A program made the position numbers and the translations under genes. The notes beneath the pieces are model-generated. The model ran no database searches. It had not been told where the DNA came from and was given only the letters and a program-made list of their open reading frames with translations. A stretch of DNA of 64,000 bases from Chiloscyllium plagiosum (taxonomy: Eukaryota): NCBI RefSeq assembly GCF_004010195.1, contig NC_057754.1:1880306-1944305 (forward strand), read 5' to 3'. Of the stretch, positions 1 through 12,100 are shown in pieces; the stretch's first letter is position 1; each line of letters begins with the position of its first letter.

Positions 1-550
1 ATCGCTGCCAGAACCACCACCACTGCCGCAAGGTAACTGCCTCCGTGATTGCCACCAGAATCTCTGTGATCGCTGCCAAAATCTCCAGAAACTGCTCTCC
101 CTCCGATCCTCCGCTCCACATACAGCCATACGCCACCATCTACTCTCCCTGCAGTCAGCCTTGCCTCAGCTCAGGGCCACACTCTCTCCCAGACCCACAA
201 AGGACTTCTGCTGTTCTTCATCCTGAGACAAATCCAGACAGCCAGCAAGTGCTTTTTCTCAAGCTTAACTGACATCAAGGAATGTAAGTTCATCAGACTT
301 TCACATACTTACCTCCAAACTTGAGATTCCTTGATCATTCCAGAACTATCTCCCAATCTCCAAAATCGCTCGGATGCCATCACAGCAAACAATGATGTCA
401 CTTCTGCCCCCGCCTCCCCACAGACTGCAACCACCACCGACTATACCGCCTCCGTGATCACCGCCAACACAACTGCCTTCGCGATCGCTACCAGAACCAC
501 TGCTGCTGAAACCACCACGAAGGCTACCTCTTACATTCTCCCTCCACATT
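1..550 (+). mobile_element. Degenerate C/A-rich repeat, possibly a Penelope ORF N-terminal remnant
   Basis: Recurrent gtgatcgc(t/c)(g/a)ccagaa motif; 145-290 reads roughly SLQSALPQLRATLS..KGLLLFFILRQI, which resembles recalled Penelope N-terminal sequence. Unverified. Confidence 0.3.
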
Positions 551-1329
551 AAACTAAGACCCCCATCTATCCAATTGGTCTATTTAAAGAAGAGGGGAGA
601 GTTAGTCCTTATTCAATATAGCTGATCACTACCTGTTTTCTGTGCACAAATTGGATGCCATTTCCAAAATCGCAACGATTCAAATGTTCTGGCAATAAAG
701 TGCTTTGAAAAGTCTTGATGCATAAGAGATTAATCTTCCTTTTATATGAAAGTAACAACCTTTTAGGAGAGGGAAGTGGTCAATTTGTTTCAATAAATCT
801 CACTTTTACTGAGACAATTCTCTCATTACCCATTGAACCCCATTTTGTCCCTGAAAGCTCATCTACAAAAATCCATTTACACTTTGCCTTGAAGACAGAG
901 CCACAAACTCAGCAGTTTGATCCTGAGAGCCAATAGGCATTCTTACCATCTAATATGTGCTAAGGTGGGACCACACCAATACACAGTACTACTTTCAGAG
1001 TGCCATCAATGGAAAAGTTGGGGTAGGGTATGTATTCCTTCATGAACAAATCTAAATCCAGAAGTAAATGCAAGCAAAGGCTATTTCAAAAGGCTGATTG
1101 TGTTTTCATCTCTGCTTTTCGCTCAATGGGAATACATATATATAATAAAAACTGTGAGCTTCCCACGACATTGCATTTGGGGCTTTCCATTTGCAAGATG
1201 AGCCTTCGTGTGTCTAAATCTTTGATTAAAATTTGGGAGTGGATGTAACAGTAGCCTGAGGAATTCTGTGAGAATATTTCACGGTAGTTTGAAGTCAGGT
1301 TTCCTTTCCTTCTCTATCAGAAAGCACCC

Positions 1330-1410
1330 ACTTCAAAAATACTTCATTGATTATTAAGTGCTTCAGCACGTCTGAGATTCTGATAGGCGAGATATAAATG
1401 CAAGTCTTTT
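1330..1410 (+). mobile_element. Deu-domain (SacSINE/AmnSINE-like) SINE 3' tail fragment
   Basis: cacttcaaaaatacttcattg...tataaatgcaagtcttt tail motif; similar pieces at ~640-740 and ~11650-11745. Confidence 0.5.
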
Positions 1411-1636
1411 ATGTGGTGTGCTATGTAATTGAAAGTGCTTTGGACTGCTAGAATTCTATTTACTGCGAGATGGTTTGGCCCAATGAAAATTTATGCATTA
1501 GCATTCAGTGATTAGATCCAATGTGTTTATCATAATTTGAATTTGGGTCTCAGTCTGTATTTACAGATAGTGAGAGTTGAAATATATGCTGAGGCTATGA
1601 TGAGTGTATATTTTAACTCTCTCATTTTTTTTACAG

Positions 1637-1666
1637 CAAATTCTTCACTGATGGGAGGAGGCGGAG
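1637..1666 (+). CDS. macrod2: 30-nt internal micro-exon of a MacroD-type ADP-ribose glycohydrolase (MACROD2, or paralog MACROD1)
   Basis: Branch-like ttttaac (1611-1617), polypyrimidine tract and acceptor ttttttttacag|, donor |gtgagt at 1667. Phase1-phase1 translation (A)NSSLMGGGG(V) matches the macrodomain NAANxSLxGGGGVDG motif; MACROD1/2 have a 30-nt exon at this position. The paralog cannot be resolved from 10 aa. Confidence 0.82.
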
Positions 1667-2418
1667 GTGAGTATTTTGGCTTTGATATTCCTACTGCTTT
1701 GTATAATGTAAACATCGAGTCAGTTAGATGGGTGTTTATATGTGCACGTTGAAACCCCAATCTTTAATCCCCTGGACTGTATTAAAATCTTTTCTGGAGT
1801 AAAATTGATGCAAAGATTCCACTTAGAAGCTACAAGATCCACTCTGGTATGACATGGAGGTAAAATCTCAGCACCACCATGATTCCACACACACCTTCAA
1901 TATTAACTTTCCTCTCTTAGTGTGGAGGAGCTGGTATTGGACTGGGGTGGACAAAGTTAAAAATCACACAACACCAGGTTATAGTGCCAGCAGGTTTATT
2001 TGGAAGCACTAGCTTTCAGAGCACTACTCCTTCAGCAGATAACTAGTGGGGCAGGATCATAAGACACAGAATTTATAGCATAAGATTACAGTGTCATTGC
2101 AATTAAAATGATATACTGAACAAACTTAGATTGCTGTTAAGTCTTTCATCTTTTTAGAATGGATTGGAGGGTGTCAACACGGATACCACCATTTCACGGC
2201 GGTACTCATGTGACTCAGCCAACGTTGCCCATCTCGTACGCTGCAGGCAAGGATGCCCTGTGGTATGGTACATTGGCGAGACCGAACTGATGCTACAACA
2301 ACAGATGAATGGATGCCATGCAACAATCGCCAGACCAGGATGTTCCCTCCCAGTCTGGGAACACTTCAACGGTCAGGGACATTCGGCCTTGGATCTTTGG
2401 GTGACCATCCTTCAAGGA

Positions 2419-3172
2419 TATACCCACCCTCCCATCCTGGCACTTTCCCCTGCCACCGCAGGAACTGTAAAACCTGCACCCACACCTCCTCCCTCACCTC
2501 TATCCAAGGCCCTAAAGGAGCCTTCCACATCCATCAAAGTTTTACTTGCACATCCATTAATATCATTTATTGTATCCGTTGCTCCCGATGCGGTCTCCTC
2601 TACATTGGGGAGACTGGGCACCTCCTAGCAGAGCGCTTTAGGGAACATCTCTGGGACACCGGCACCAATCAACCACACCGCCCCGTGGCCCAACATTTCA
2701 ACTCCCCCTCCCACTCTGCTGAGGACATGGAGGTCCTGGGCCTCCTTCACCGCCGCTCCCTCACCACCAGACGCCTGGAGGAAGAACGCCTTATCTTCCG
2801 CCTCGGAATACTTCAACCCCAGGGCATCAATGTGGACTTCAACAGTTTCCTCATTTCCCCTTCCCCCACCTCACCCTAGTTCCAAACTTTCAGCTCAGCA
2901 CTGTCCCCATGACTTGTCCGGACTTGTCCTACCTGCCTATCTCCTTTTCCACCTATCCACTCCACCCTCTCCTCCCTGACCTATCACCTTCATCCCCTCC
3001 CCCACTCACCCATTGTACTCTATGCTACTTTCTCCCCTCCTCTATCTTAATTCTCCACGCTTCAAGCTCACTGTCTTTATTCCTGATGAAGGGCTTTTGC
3101 CCGAAACGTCGATTGCGAAGCTCCTCAGATGCTGCCTGAATTGCTGTGCTCTTCCAGCACCACTAATCCAGA
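2419..3172 (+). mobile_element. Second Penelope-like element (GIY-YIG C-terminus plus pLTR) nested in the first
   Basis: ORF part PGTFPCHRRNCKTC...NIIYCIRCSRCGLLYIGETG..LAERFREH...LEEERLIFRLG..QPQGINVDF; pyrimidine-rich 3' UTR; hammerhead-like pLTR. Confidence 0.9.
3083..3110 (+). ncRNA. Minimal type-I hammerhead ribozyme motif in a Penelope pLTR (intact core)
   Basis: CTGATGA-A-GGGC-TTTT-GCCC-GAAA-C-GTC; palindromic ACGT in place of helix III. Confidence 0.75.
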
Positions 3173-3956
3173 ACATTGCAGAGTAGCCGAGCTGAGGGTG
3201 ATAGCCAAGTTCTATACCCATGAGGATGGCCTCAACCAGGACCTTGGGTCATGGCACACTATAGGTGACCCCACTACACTGTACACACTCACACAGACCC
3301 TCTCTCATACACCCGCTGTCTCTTAGACACGCACACATACCCCCCCCCCCCACACTCTCACAGGCTTATACATCATCACACTTACGCACACACTCTACCA
3401 AGCACGTAAACACAAACACTCACGTGTACTCACTCTCTCATGCACATACTCACGTGCGCTCTCTCTCTCTCTCCCCCCGCCAATCCCCCTCACATGCTCA
3501 CCCCCCACTCCCCCTCACATGTGCACGCACACACACACACAAGTCTATGGGGTGAATTTGCATTTGCAGAATTGTATTTACAGATACATTCTATTTTTGC
3601 TCAAAAAACACACTACCTGCAGGCAGTTAATGCAGGCAGTCTATCCACGCAATAGAAATAGAACCAGTGTGACTCAAGATTGGAATAAGGACAGACTCTA
3701 ACCTCACACCTTTAATGTATTGTCTGAGCTGAGATGTCAGTTTTTTTTTAATACGACCTTAAGTTATCTCGATAATGTGACTTAAAGGAAGTTCTGGGAG
3801 TTACAAAATGAACCACAACCTACAACCCATTCTAAAAGATGAAAGACTTGTCAGCAATCCAGGTTTGTTCAATATATTGTTCTAACTGCATGACACTGTG
3901 ATCTTTTGCTATAAATTTTGTGTCTTTTGCTGTAAATTTTGTGTCCCACTAGTTAC

Positions 3957-3988
3957 CTGATGAAGGAGCGGTGCTCTGAAAGCCAGTG
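3957..3988 (+). ncRNA. Degenerate minimal hammerhead motif (second Penelope family)
   Basis: CTGATGA-A-GGAGC-GGT-GCTCT-GAAA-GCCAG; its inverted copy at ~2008-2040 reads CTGCTGA...GAAAGCTAG. Confidence 0.55.
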
Positions 3989-6381
3989 TTTCCAAATAAA
4001 CCCGTTGCACTATAACCTGGTGTTGTGGGATTTTTAACTTTCTCCCTTAGAACATTGACAGATGTCCCTTGATAGAAATCATTAGGAATATGGAGGGATT
4101 TGATCAGTAGTTACGGAGAAGACATTTCCACCTGTGTTGAGGAAAACCATTATTGGCTCTTTGAAAAACTGACCAAACTCCATGAAAAGTGCAGAGGACA
4201 AGGACAGGCATACCCCTGTTCTGGAGCCAGGAAGGTTGGGAGCACAGGTTTTAGGTTTAGAATCCAAATCAGCCGACTCTCTTGAAAAGCAGTGATGAAT
4301 ATTGGAAATCATGGATCTTGAATTGTAACCCTACCACCATTTTTACCTCTACAAGGAGTCTCCCTGGCTCCGTTAAAAAACAGCCCAAATTGTTCTTTGC
4401 GAAGAAATTTCTAGATTGGGCAATGTTTTTAAATTCTTTGAGCTAGGCCAGAACAAGCCATATATTTTTGAATGGAATGGATGTGTGCAGCACATTCTAG
4501 ATTCCCAGTTATTTATTTTTGCCATAAATCAGATGATTCATTGCCTTTTAAGGATAGTATTATGTCACTTAATGCACAATGCTTTACTCTGCTATTAAGG
4601 GATAGCTTTGCTCTTGCAATGGCACATATATTAATTGATAAGCAATTAAAGTTCATTCACAATTTTCTTTTTCATTGAGACCTTTGAATAGAAAAGTTTG
4701 GGCATGCAGATCTGAAGCATCCAGCCTTAAAAGATTGGTGTGATTTTTAAAGTCTTCCGTGTTCTAGGCAACCTGATTGTTTTGATAGGAAGATAAACTT
4801 CTGTTCCTTTAAGGCGCTCGGTGTCTGAGTATGAGATAAAGAACATTGTGGGTAGGCAGGATACCTGTGAGTTGCTCTGAGAATGCATTAAAAACACTCT
4901 GGTAATTATTGAATTTATAATTTTCACAAGAATGGGATCAATATTAAAATGCGCTGTTGCAGGCACAACATTTACCCACATGGCATGATAACTTTATATG
5001 AAATATTAGAGAACAAGGCAAAAGACAAGAAATTCTGGAAAAAAGTTTGGGAATGATGGCAAGACTCAGCAGGTTTGACTGCGGCTGTATAGAGAGAAAT
5101 GGTCTTTTTAAGTCTTGTGTGACTGTCCTTCAGGAATTCTGAATATCATATTGCCACCTACTCCAAGCACACGACTCTCAGCTCAGATTGAGATGTTTCT
5201 TTCAATGATATATACTTGATGGATGTAAAGAGCTGTTATCAAGGAGGAAAACATGCCTCCTTTAAAGATGGCGGGCAGAGGGGCTTCAACTTGAGTAAAA
5301 GAAAATGAACCTAAATTTGTATGGACTGCAAAACTAGTGAAGAGGGGGATGAAGTAGGGATAAGGTAAGGAAAAATTGATTATTTACCCCCAAAAAGTCA
5401 TGGCCCTTGGGTTCCTCTCTGTTTGCTTAGGACTCTCATTAACATCAGTAAACATTGCTTTATTAGTGTGAAAGATCTTTATGGTGCAGGAAGAGATGAG
5501 TGAGTAGAGGAGAAGATTTGTGTTGTTCTTCTTCACATACTCCTCATATGCATTAAAGGGTAATAAATATATTTTGTGTTTCGATTATTGCAATACATCA
5601 TAAAGCAGATTGCTTAGCTCTTTCTTGCTGACCAGCAAATTAGTTTGACAGTGGTTTGATTTATCTCTCAAAGTTATAGCACCTGCAAGTGCTTTGCGCT
5701 AGGTTGCACTTACTGAAATGTGTGTGTAAAATGTTCAAAGTGGTGGTAAATTAAATGCGATTTGTGGCTAATGTTGACTTACTGATTTAAAGTTGTCAGA
5801 AAAATATTGAACAGTCAGTTGCAGGTAGAAGGCATCACTGATATATTTCATGGAAGTTGCATTTTGTCGGATTAAGCTGCAGACCTTTTGCTACATTAAG
5901 TAGAAAATCTTTTCACTTTTATTAGTTCCAGAAGGCCTGCATACATGCTAATTAACCATATTTATTAATGACAGAACATTTGTTTGGAGCAGCTCTCTTT
6001 CTTAATTGTAATTTAAGGACTCCTCTTCACCTGTCCCAAATCTCTGCAGCTACCCTGTCCTTAGTTGGGAGATAAGATGGTAATATTAATGCTATCCAGC
6101 TGACTTTTTGTCTCAACCAGCCACGAGACTCATTGCGGTGTCATCTAGAATCTTGTTTCTTGGCCAGTTTTCCTCACTTTCCTTGAGATCAATTACCCAT
6201 GACTAACTCCATTGAACGAAAGGTAAGAGCATTATTGACAGTGAAAACTGGCCTTCAAACTAAGATGCATTTATTGTGATATGGAATAATCGTGTATATA
6301 TACCCACCCTTTAATTTATCATATTATTAGAATTAAACAATTGTTTTGAATCTGGATTCTTTATATATAAGTGTTGTTGAA

Positions 6382-6410
6382 TCTCTGTCTCTGTCTCTGT
6401 CTCTCTCTCT
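6382..6410. repeat. (TCTCTG)n/(TC)n microsatellite
   Basis: tctctgtctctgtctctgtctctctctctg. Confidence 0.9.
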
Positions 6411-8864
6411 GCAAAAGTAGTTCAATGTTTTGATTTATATGTTTCTGTGAAGTTTGGACTTTTGCTCTGCTATATAAATGAGTTTTGTTTTGCTATGACT
6501 TGTATGTGAGTCGGGAGACGTCGCATGTTGCAGCATCTTGTGTTGGGCTGTTCAGTTGAACTTGTAACTACAACATCAGTTAATCAGAAAACCTGCTCTT
6601 TCATGCACAACAGTTAAATTAATTTTTATTTTATCGTGTTTACATCAATAGGATAAAATGTTGCTTATGAGTTCAATTTTCAGAAATGTAATCTGGTGAT
6701 TTAAATGAATCAGAGTTGGTGTAATAATGATCTTTATTCTCTGCATGTCTTTAGCAGGATTGTAAATATGACAAAACTATAGACTTATTCTGTGTGTTAG
6801 TGGCAGAACATCAATACAGCACCAGTACTTACTTTTACACTATTGACAGACTGTTTAAATTGGACCCTTTCTATGGTGTGTATAATTGGATTATCAATGG
6901 TCCTATAGATAGTTAGATCCAATACTGACCGTGTCAGTACTCAGCACTGACTTATTTCATGGTGCTGGCTCCATGAGTGACGTTTATTGATGAGGTTCGG
7001 TTAGGCTGGCCAGTTCTGTTATTTGTACAAGCTGCTCTTGCTCAAAAATATACCACACGATTGCATGTGTGAAATGGAATGCATTTTGTATGTGAGAGTT
7101 ACATGGCCGATAAATGGTGTTCCAGGCTTGATGGTGAAGTTATGAAGGCTGACTGGTATGCATTATATTTGCCCACTATCTGGTACAGTCAAACTCTGAA
7201 AGAAACTTCAGAACCAATACTAAGGAAGGTTTGCACTTGCACAATAAACTGCACCCTGTCTAGTACCTATGACAAGTGATAAGGTCTTGCTGAACATAAA
7301 AATGAAGATTTATTATTATTGTGATTCTACCACATGCACTTTCCATTGGGAATCACTGGGTAAAGATCAGAAGTGGATCAGATTTTTCCCCATCTCCAGC
7401 ACAGGGCAATAGTTGTAATCGTAACAACATTCTAAACAGCAGCAAGGGCAATTTATTGAATTTGAGATCTTCCAGTCTACGCAGCATAGCATTATTACAG
7501 TGGTCAATATGAGCAAACTTAATATAAGTTAAATTGGCTTTCAGCAGCAATACAAGATAAACAGTAATAAATCAGTGACCCACAGAATTTTTTTCTGTTC
7601 CTTTCTTGCTGACAGAATGATTGGGACAAATTATTTTCAATCAGCTATAATATATAGTGTGACAAGTAAAACAATGAATAATACTAAGAAATGCAACTAT
7701 CAAAAGCTTGGATTTGATGCTTTTCTTGTAACCAGAATCTCAATAATCCTAAGTGACCTGTTCGATTATCATGAAACCCCAATGGACCACTCATATTCTT
7801 AAGGGAAGGAAATGTGCCATCCTTAAACAATTAAACATGCAAATGACTCTAGAGGCACAGCCATGTGAAACAAACTCTGAAATAGCCCAGCAAACCACTC
7901 AGTAATATGAAAAATTACTACCTGCAGCAGTTCAAGACGAAGATCCACTCTTAGCAATAAACAGTAAGTGCCAGGGAATGCCAATTTCTCAAGAATGAAT
8001 TTTAAAATAATGTGGCTTGCAAGTTTTTCACCTTTCAGAATACTCTTTAGAGACTGGTCCACAAGAGAAGCAATGGGTGATGTAAACTATATTCTATAGA
8101 GCAGAGGATGATGCAAACTACACAGGAAAGAGTACTGTGAACTATATAGAGGACTATTGCATTCATTCCTATCATTAGTGCTTAGAGTTCTGCTGTGTGG
8201 ATAGCAACTGTCAACTTGGCCTTGGAGAATGTGGAGTCTGGTGAATTGGATTTTATTTTATTTGAAGGTGTTTAACATTAAAATGCCAAGATTCATCAAA
8301 AGGAAGGAGTGTTTTACTCAGTCTACAGATTGGGCAGTTTACTTGATCTGCTTGGCTCTGAAAGTTTAATTTTTGAAAGCATGGTAGGTACTTTAGAGAC
8401 CCATGTTGTCATCAGTAATGAGCAGACTGCATTTTACTTACATAATGATTCTGGAGAACAGGTTGTCTCTTTATTTGTAAAATTGTTGAATATTGTTTTC
8501 CAGGGAAACTAAAAGCATTATTTCCATTGGATTTTTAAAATGTTTTTGACCTTGACCTCTCTGTGTAAATACAGTTATTATGCTATGCTTCACATGGTTA
8601 ACATGAAGAAATTTTAAATTCGGTGATACATAAGGCTAAATATTGGATTTTATCTGCAAAAGTGTACTCTGGCTTCCAGGTCTCTAAGGGTAGATGGAGA
8701 CATATTAAGCCTTTCTCCCTTTTTAGAGAATTGAATTTGAATTGTTTATCATCATCATTCTTATTTGATGTCTTTACTAATAATGAGTTCAATGGTATCA
8801 CATGAAGTGGTCTTGGAGTGTGTTCTGAGTACTTCTGCATAAAATAAGGCTCTCCTCTTCACAG

Positions 8865-8975
8865 TGACTAGGACAAAGTGAGGACTGCAGATTATTAAGG
8901 GCTTATGCCCGAAACGTCAACTCTCCTGCTCCTCGGATGCTGCCTGACCTACTTTTCCAGCACCACAATTTTTGA
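8865..8975. mobile_element. Short Penelope pLTR-derived element
   Basis: aaagtgaggactgcaga followed by gggcttatgcccgaaacgtc...; flanks ctcctcttcacag (8852-8864) and ctccttttcacag (8976-8988). Confidence 0.7.
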
Positions 8976-8988
8976 CTCCTTTTCACAG

Positions 8989-9188
8989 GCTCACTAATGT
9001 CCTTCAGGGAAGGAAATCTGCCATTCTCACCAGGTCCAGCCTACATGTGACTCCAGGCCCTCGGCAATATAATTGAATCTCAACTGCCCTTTAAGTGGCA
9101 TAGCAAGCCACTCATTCAGAGACAGCTTAGAGACATGCAGTAAATGCTGGCCAGCCAGTGATGCCCATGTCTCAGAAATAAATAAAAG
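8989..9188 (+). mobile_element. SINE fragment (Meta-domain-like core, LINE-derived tail)
   Basis: gctcactaatgtccttcagggaaggaaatctgcc...ctacatgtgactccag...aaatgctggccagccagtgatgccca...aataaataaaa. Confidence 0.6.
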
Positions 9189-12100
9189 GAATAAGTATGA
9201 TGTTGCTTTGTTGATAGATTCACTGGGGATTTAGGGTGATGTTATTGAATTGTAGACCAATGGAACAGAGCAATGAATGCCCTGCAGTGTTACATTATAC
9301 CTTTTTCCATGATTTGAGACTGAAATGCTGACCAAAAGCAATAAGCGCCACCTTTCCCTATTGCTTTCTTCATACCAACACAGTATAGGAGAGTAGCATT
9401 GATGGGGAAGGGATGGTTGGCCACAACCTTTCAGGTCTGTACTGAAAAGGTCAAAATGCTTTCTTCAATAACAGTACATTCCCAATAAACATTACTTTGT
9501 GGCATATAAGATGTGTGTAAATACCATGATTCACTATTGCCAGACGAGGAGCAGAAACACTCTCAGTGGCCTGCTTATTTACAGTATTATGCCATTCACC
9601 TATGTTACATGTAGAGCTACTGTAGCGACTATGTTTGACTGATACAAAAGTCAATAGTAAGTTGCATCAACAGCCTTATATTAGTATTTTAGCAATTTGT
9701 AACCAAAATAAACTATTTTTGGTTTCAGAGTAAGAATTATAGGACAAATCCTGGTAAATCATAAGAAATAAAGTGATGGAAAAAATGAATTTCCTCAGGG
9801 AGATTATCCCTAGTATTAAAGGAAATAAATTTTGTGTCTTTGATACTCAGTAATGATTAAATCTACTGTTGCAAAAATCACAGTTCTGTGTATTTGATTT
9901 ATTTCTGCATTATAAGTGATGGAATATTGTCATGAGCTCCTGCTTTATACAATCTTATTGCAGTTGCAGTATAATCACTAGTTTCACGTGTCATAGACAG
10001 AGCTACGTTGAGTTTGGTGTTCACAAGAAGATGGACTGAGTTGTGAAATGTGATTTCTGAACTTTGTCACCTGAAAGACTATCTGTCCTCATAGTCTCAG
10101 ATTCAGGGCCTTTTGGAGTTGTCAGTCATTGATAGAGTTGTCAGGTTTTACGAGCTTCCAGCTTGATGTTTATAGCTGTGCCCCAGGTGGAGCTAAGAAA
10201 AGCAGCTGTGGTAAAAGTACACTGATTTCAGGTGGAAAATGTTTTGAATGCTGCCGGTGTTCAGTTGTGTGTCGTGATGTAATGCTTGTTGCGTTGAAAA
10301 GGGGCATATCTTTCTGCTGCTGATTACTAGGTAATGACTCCTAATAATAGGAGTAGGTGCATGTGCATAGTTTAGTTTAGTTGCCCTGATTGCCAAGATT
10401 GAATCCATGCCGAAACACACTCTGCCCAGACTTGCATCTGAGGAACAATAATATCACCAAAGTATTAGAGGACCAGCTGCACGTAAGGAGTCCTGAATAG
10501 CATGGAGCAGAATAGAAAGAAGCAAGAGGAAAAATATCTGGCAATAACACACTGTGTTTCATATACCATTGATTTCCAGAGAATTGTGGAGAATACCAAT
10601 AAATTCAATGGGGAATTCAGGAGAAACCTCTCTCCACAGAGAGCTGTGAAAGAACGTGGAGCTCACTCTGACATGGCACAGATGCATTTAAGAAAAAGCT
10701 TGAATAAACACAGAAGAGAGAAAGGAACAAACGGTTGCAGAGTAAGGGTCCAATGAAGGAGAGTGGGCACAGTCTCCTATGGAGCAGAAACACTCTCTGG
10801 GGGTCAATAGCCTGACTCTAAGCTGTAAATTTGACGTATGAACTTCCAACATGCCATTTTCAGATGAGAATGCAAATATAGTCTTCTGCTAGTTTGTAAA
10901 ATTAATTGCACAGCAAATTTACCCAAATTTTGCTGCATATATAGTGGTCCCTCAAAAGGAGGATGGCACTTGCTCGTAACAAGAGCCTGTGCGAGGAGCC
11001 TTGTATATAGGGTGGTTGTTGCACCAATGCTATGATGTGATTCTGACTGGCCCGGAAATTTTCTCCTGCTCTCATTGCCTTTTGCAGGTCCTGTTTCAAG
11101 GATTTACAGGTTGGTGCTGTGCCATGGTGCACCTTCTGTGGTTGTCAGGTCCTGAGGTCCACTGAAATGTGGAGTGTCTGACTGAATGGTAGGTTTACTA
11201 TCACTGTACCCAGAATCTCCACACTGTGATATTTAGATGGAAGTATAAAGCATTTGTAATTTATAGTGTTCACTGGGCCTCTGAGCTGGAATGCTGCCTT
11301 TTTTATTCATGGAGGAGTGTACAATATCTTCTGTAGTTCAGGATCAAGTTCTCAACAGAATGAACTATTAATCTTGTGTCTAAGAGTTAAAGAAGAGACA
11401 AAGCTTATTGATTGCTTTTAATGATTCAGTTCTTTTAACGTAAAAATTAAAGCCAAATTAGAAAGCATTACTATTTGCAAATCAATGACTACACTTCAGC
11501 TTCCATCTAGAGAGTCCCATCTTTCATCCAGAAGATGTCTATTACCAGAGTCCTAGCAGTCTTTTGTACAAATTCCTGTAACTGAATATTACAAGTTCAA
11601 GATCTAGCCAATATAATTTTGTTATTTCAATGTTCAAACCTGTGTTTGTTGTATTTTCCCTACACTACAACATTGGCTTAAAATGCATTTCATTGGTGGG
11701 GATGCTATGGGATCATGAAAGGGTCTGTATCAAACCAAGTTTTTTGTCCTCTTTCTGTTTCCATAAGTGAACTACTTCATTGTGATATAATATCTCAGAA
11801 TCAACTTCAATTTTCCAACCCATTATTAGTTTTCGGATGGATTTTATAAACTGGTTTTACTCAGAAATCTAGTGGGATTAGTTGAATAGGAAATGCAACT
11901 CATTTATTTCCACACTGATAACTTGAGGTCTCATTTCTCCTAATCCATATAAAAATGCTGAACTGTTGCACCATATACTGAATGATATTATCAGCATAAT
12001 TTATAGAGTGCTTTTCGAGGTGACTGAAGTAAGGTCATTGAGTGACATTGTAAGTTTAAATGTGGAGATCTGTTAGCTGTATCTATTGCAATGCCAACCA

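Larger units (their letters stand above)
1921..4041 (+). mobile_element. 5'-truncated Penelope-like element with inverted pseudo-LTR (outer element)
   Basis: ~1952-2165 is the reverse complement of ~3826-4041. GIY-YIG remnant YSCDSANVAHLVRC...WYIGET at 2164-2418 resumes at ~3173 (RVAELRVIAKFYTHEDGLNQDLG). CA-rich 3' region. Flanks ctctcttag (1912-1920) and ctcccttag (4042-4050). Confidence 0.85.

Noticed and set aside
331..552. Thr/Ala-rich mucin-like ORF
   Set aside because: Low-complexity degenerate repeat with no splice or promoter support
1537..1752. 71-aa single-exon ORF
   Set aside because: Only 1637-1666 is bounded by splice sites and motif-like; the rest is intron read-through
2253..2879. 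208-aa ORF as a novel nuclease gene
   Set aside because: Chance fusion of an off-frame piece of the outer Penelope to the GIY-YIG tail of the inner one; no RT domain, promoter or splice evidence
11088..11188. Possible next MACROD exon (good acceptor ttttgcag, donor gtaggt)
   Set aside because: Does not encode VDGCIHRAAG and has an in-frame stop in the required phase; at most a cryptic exon
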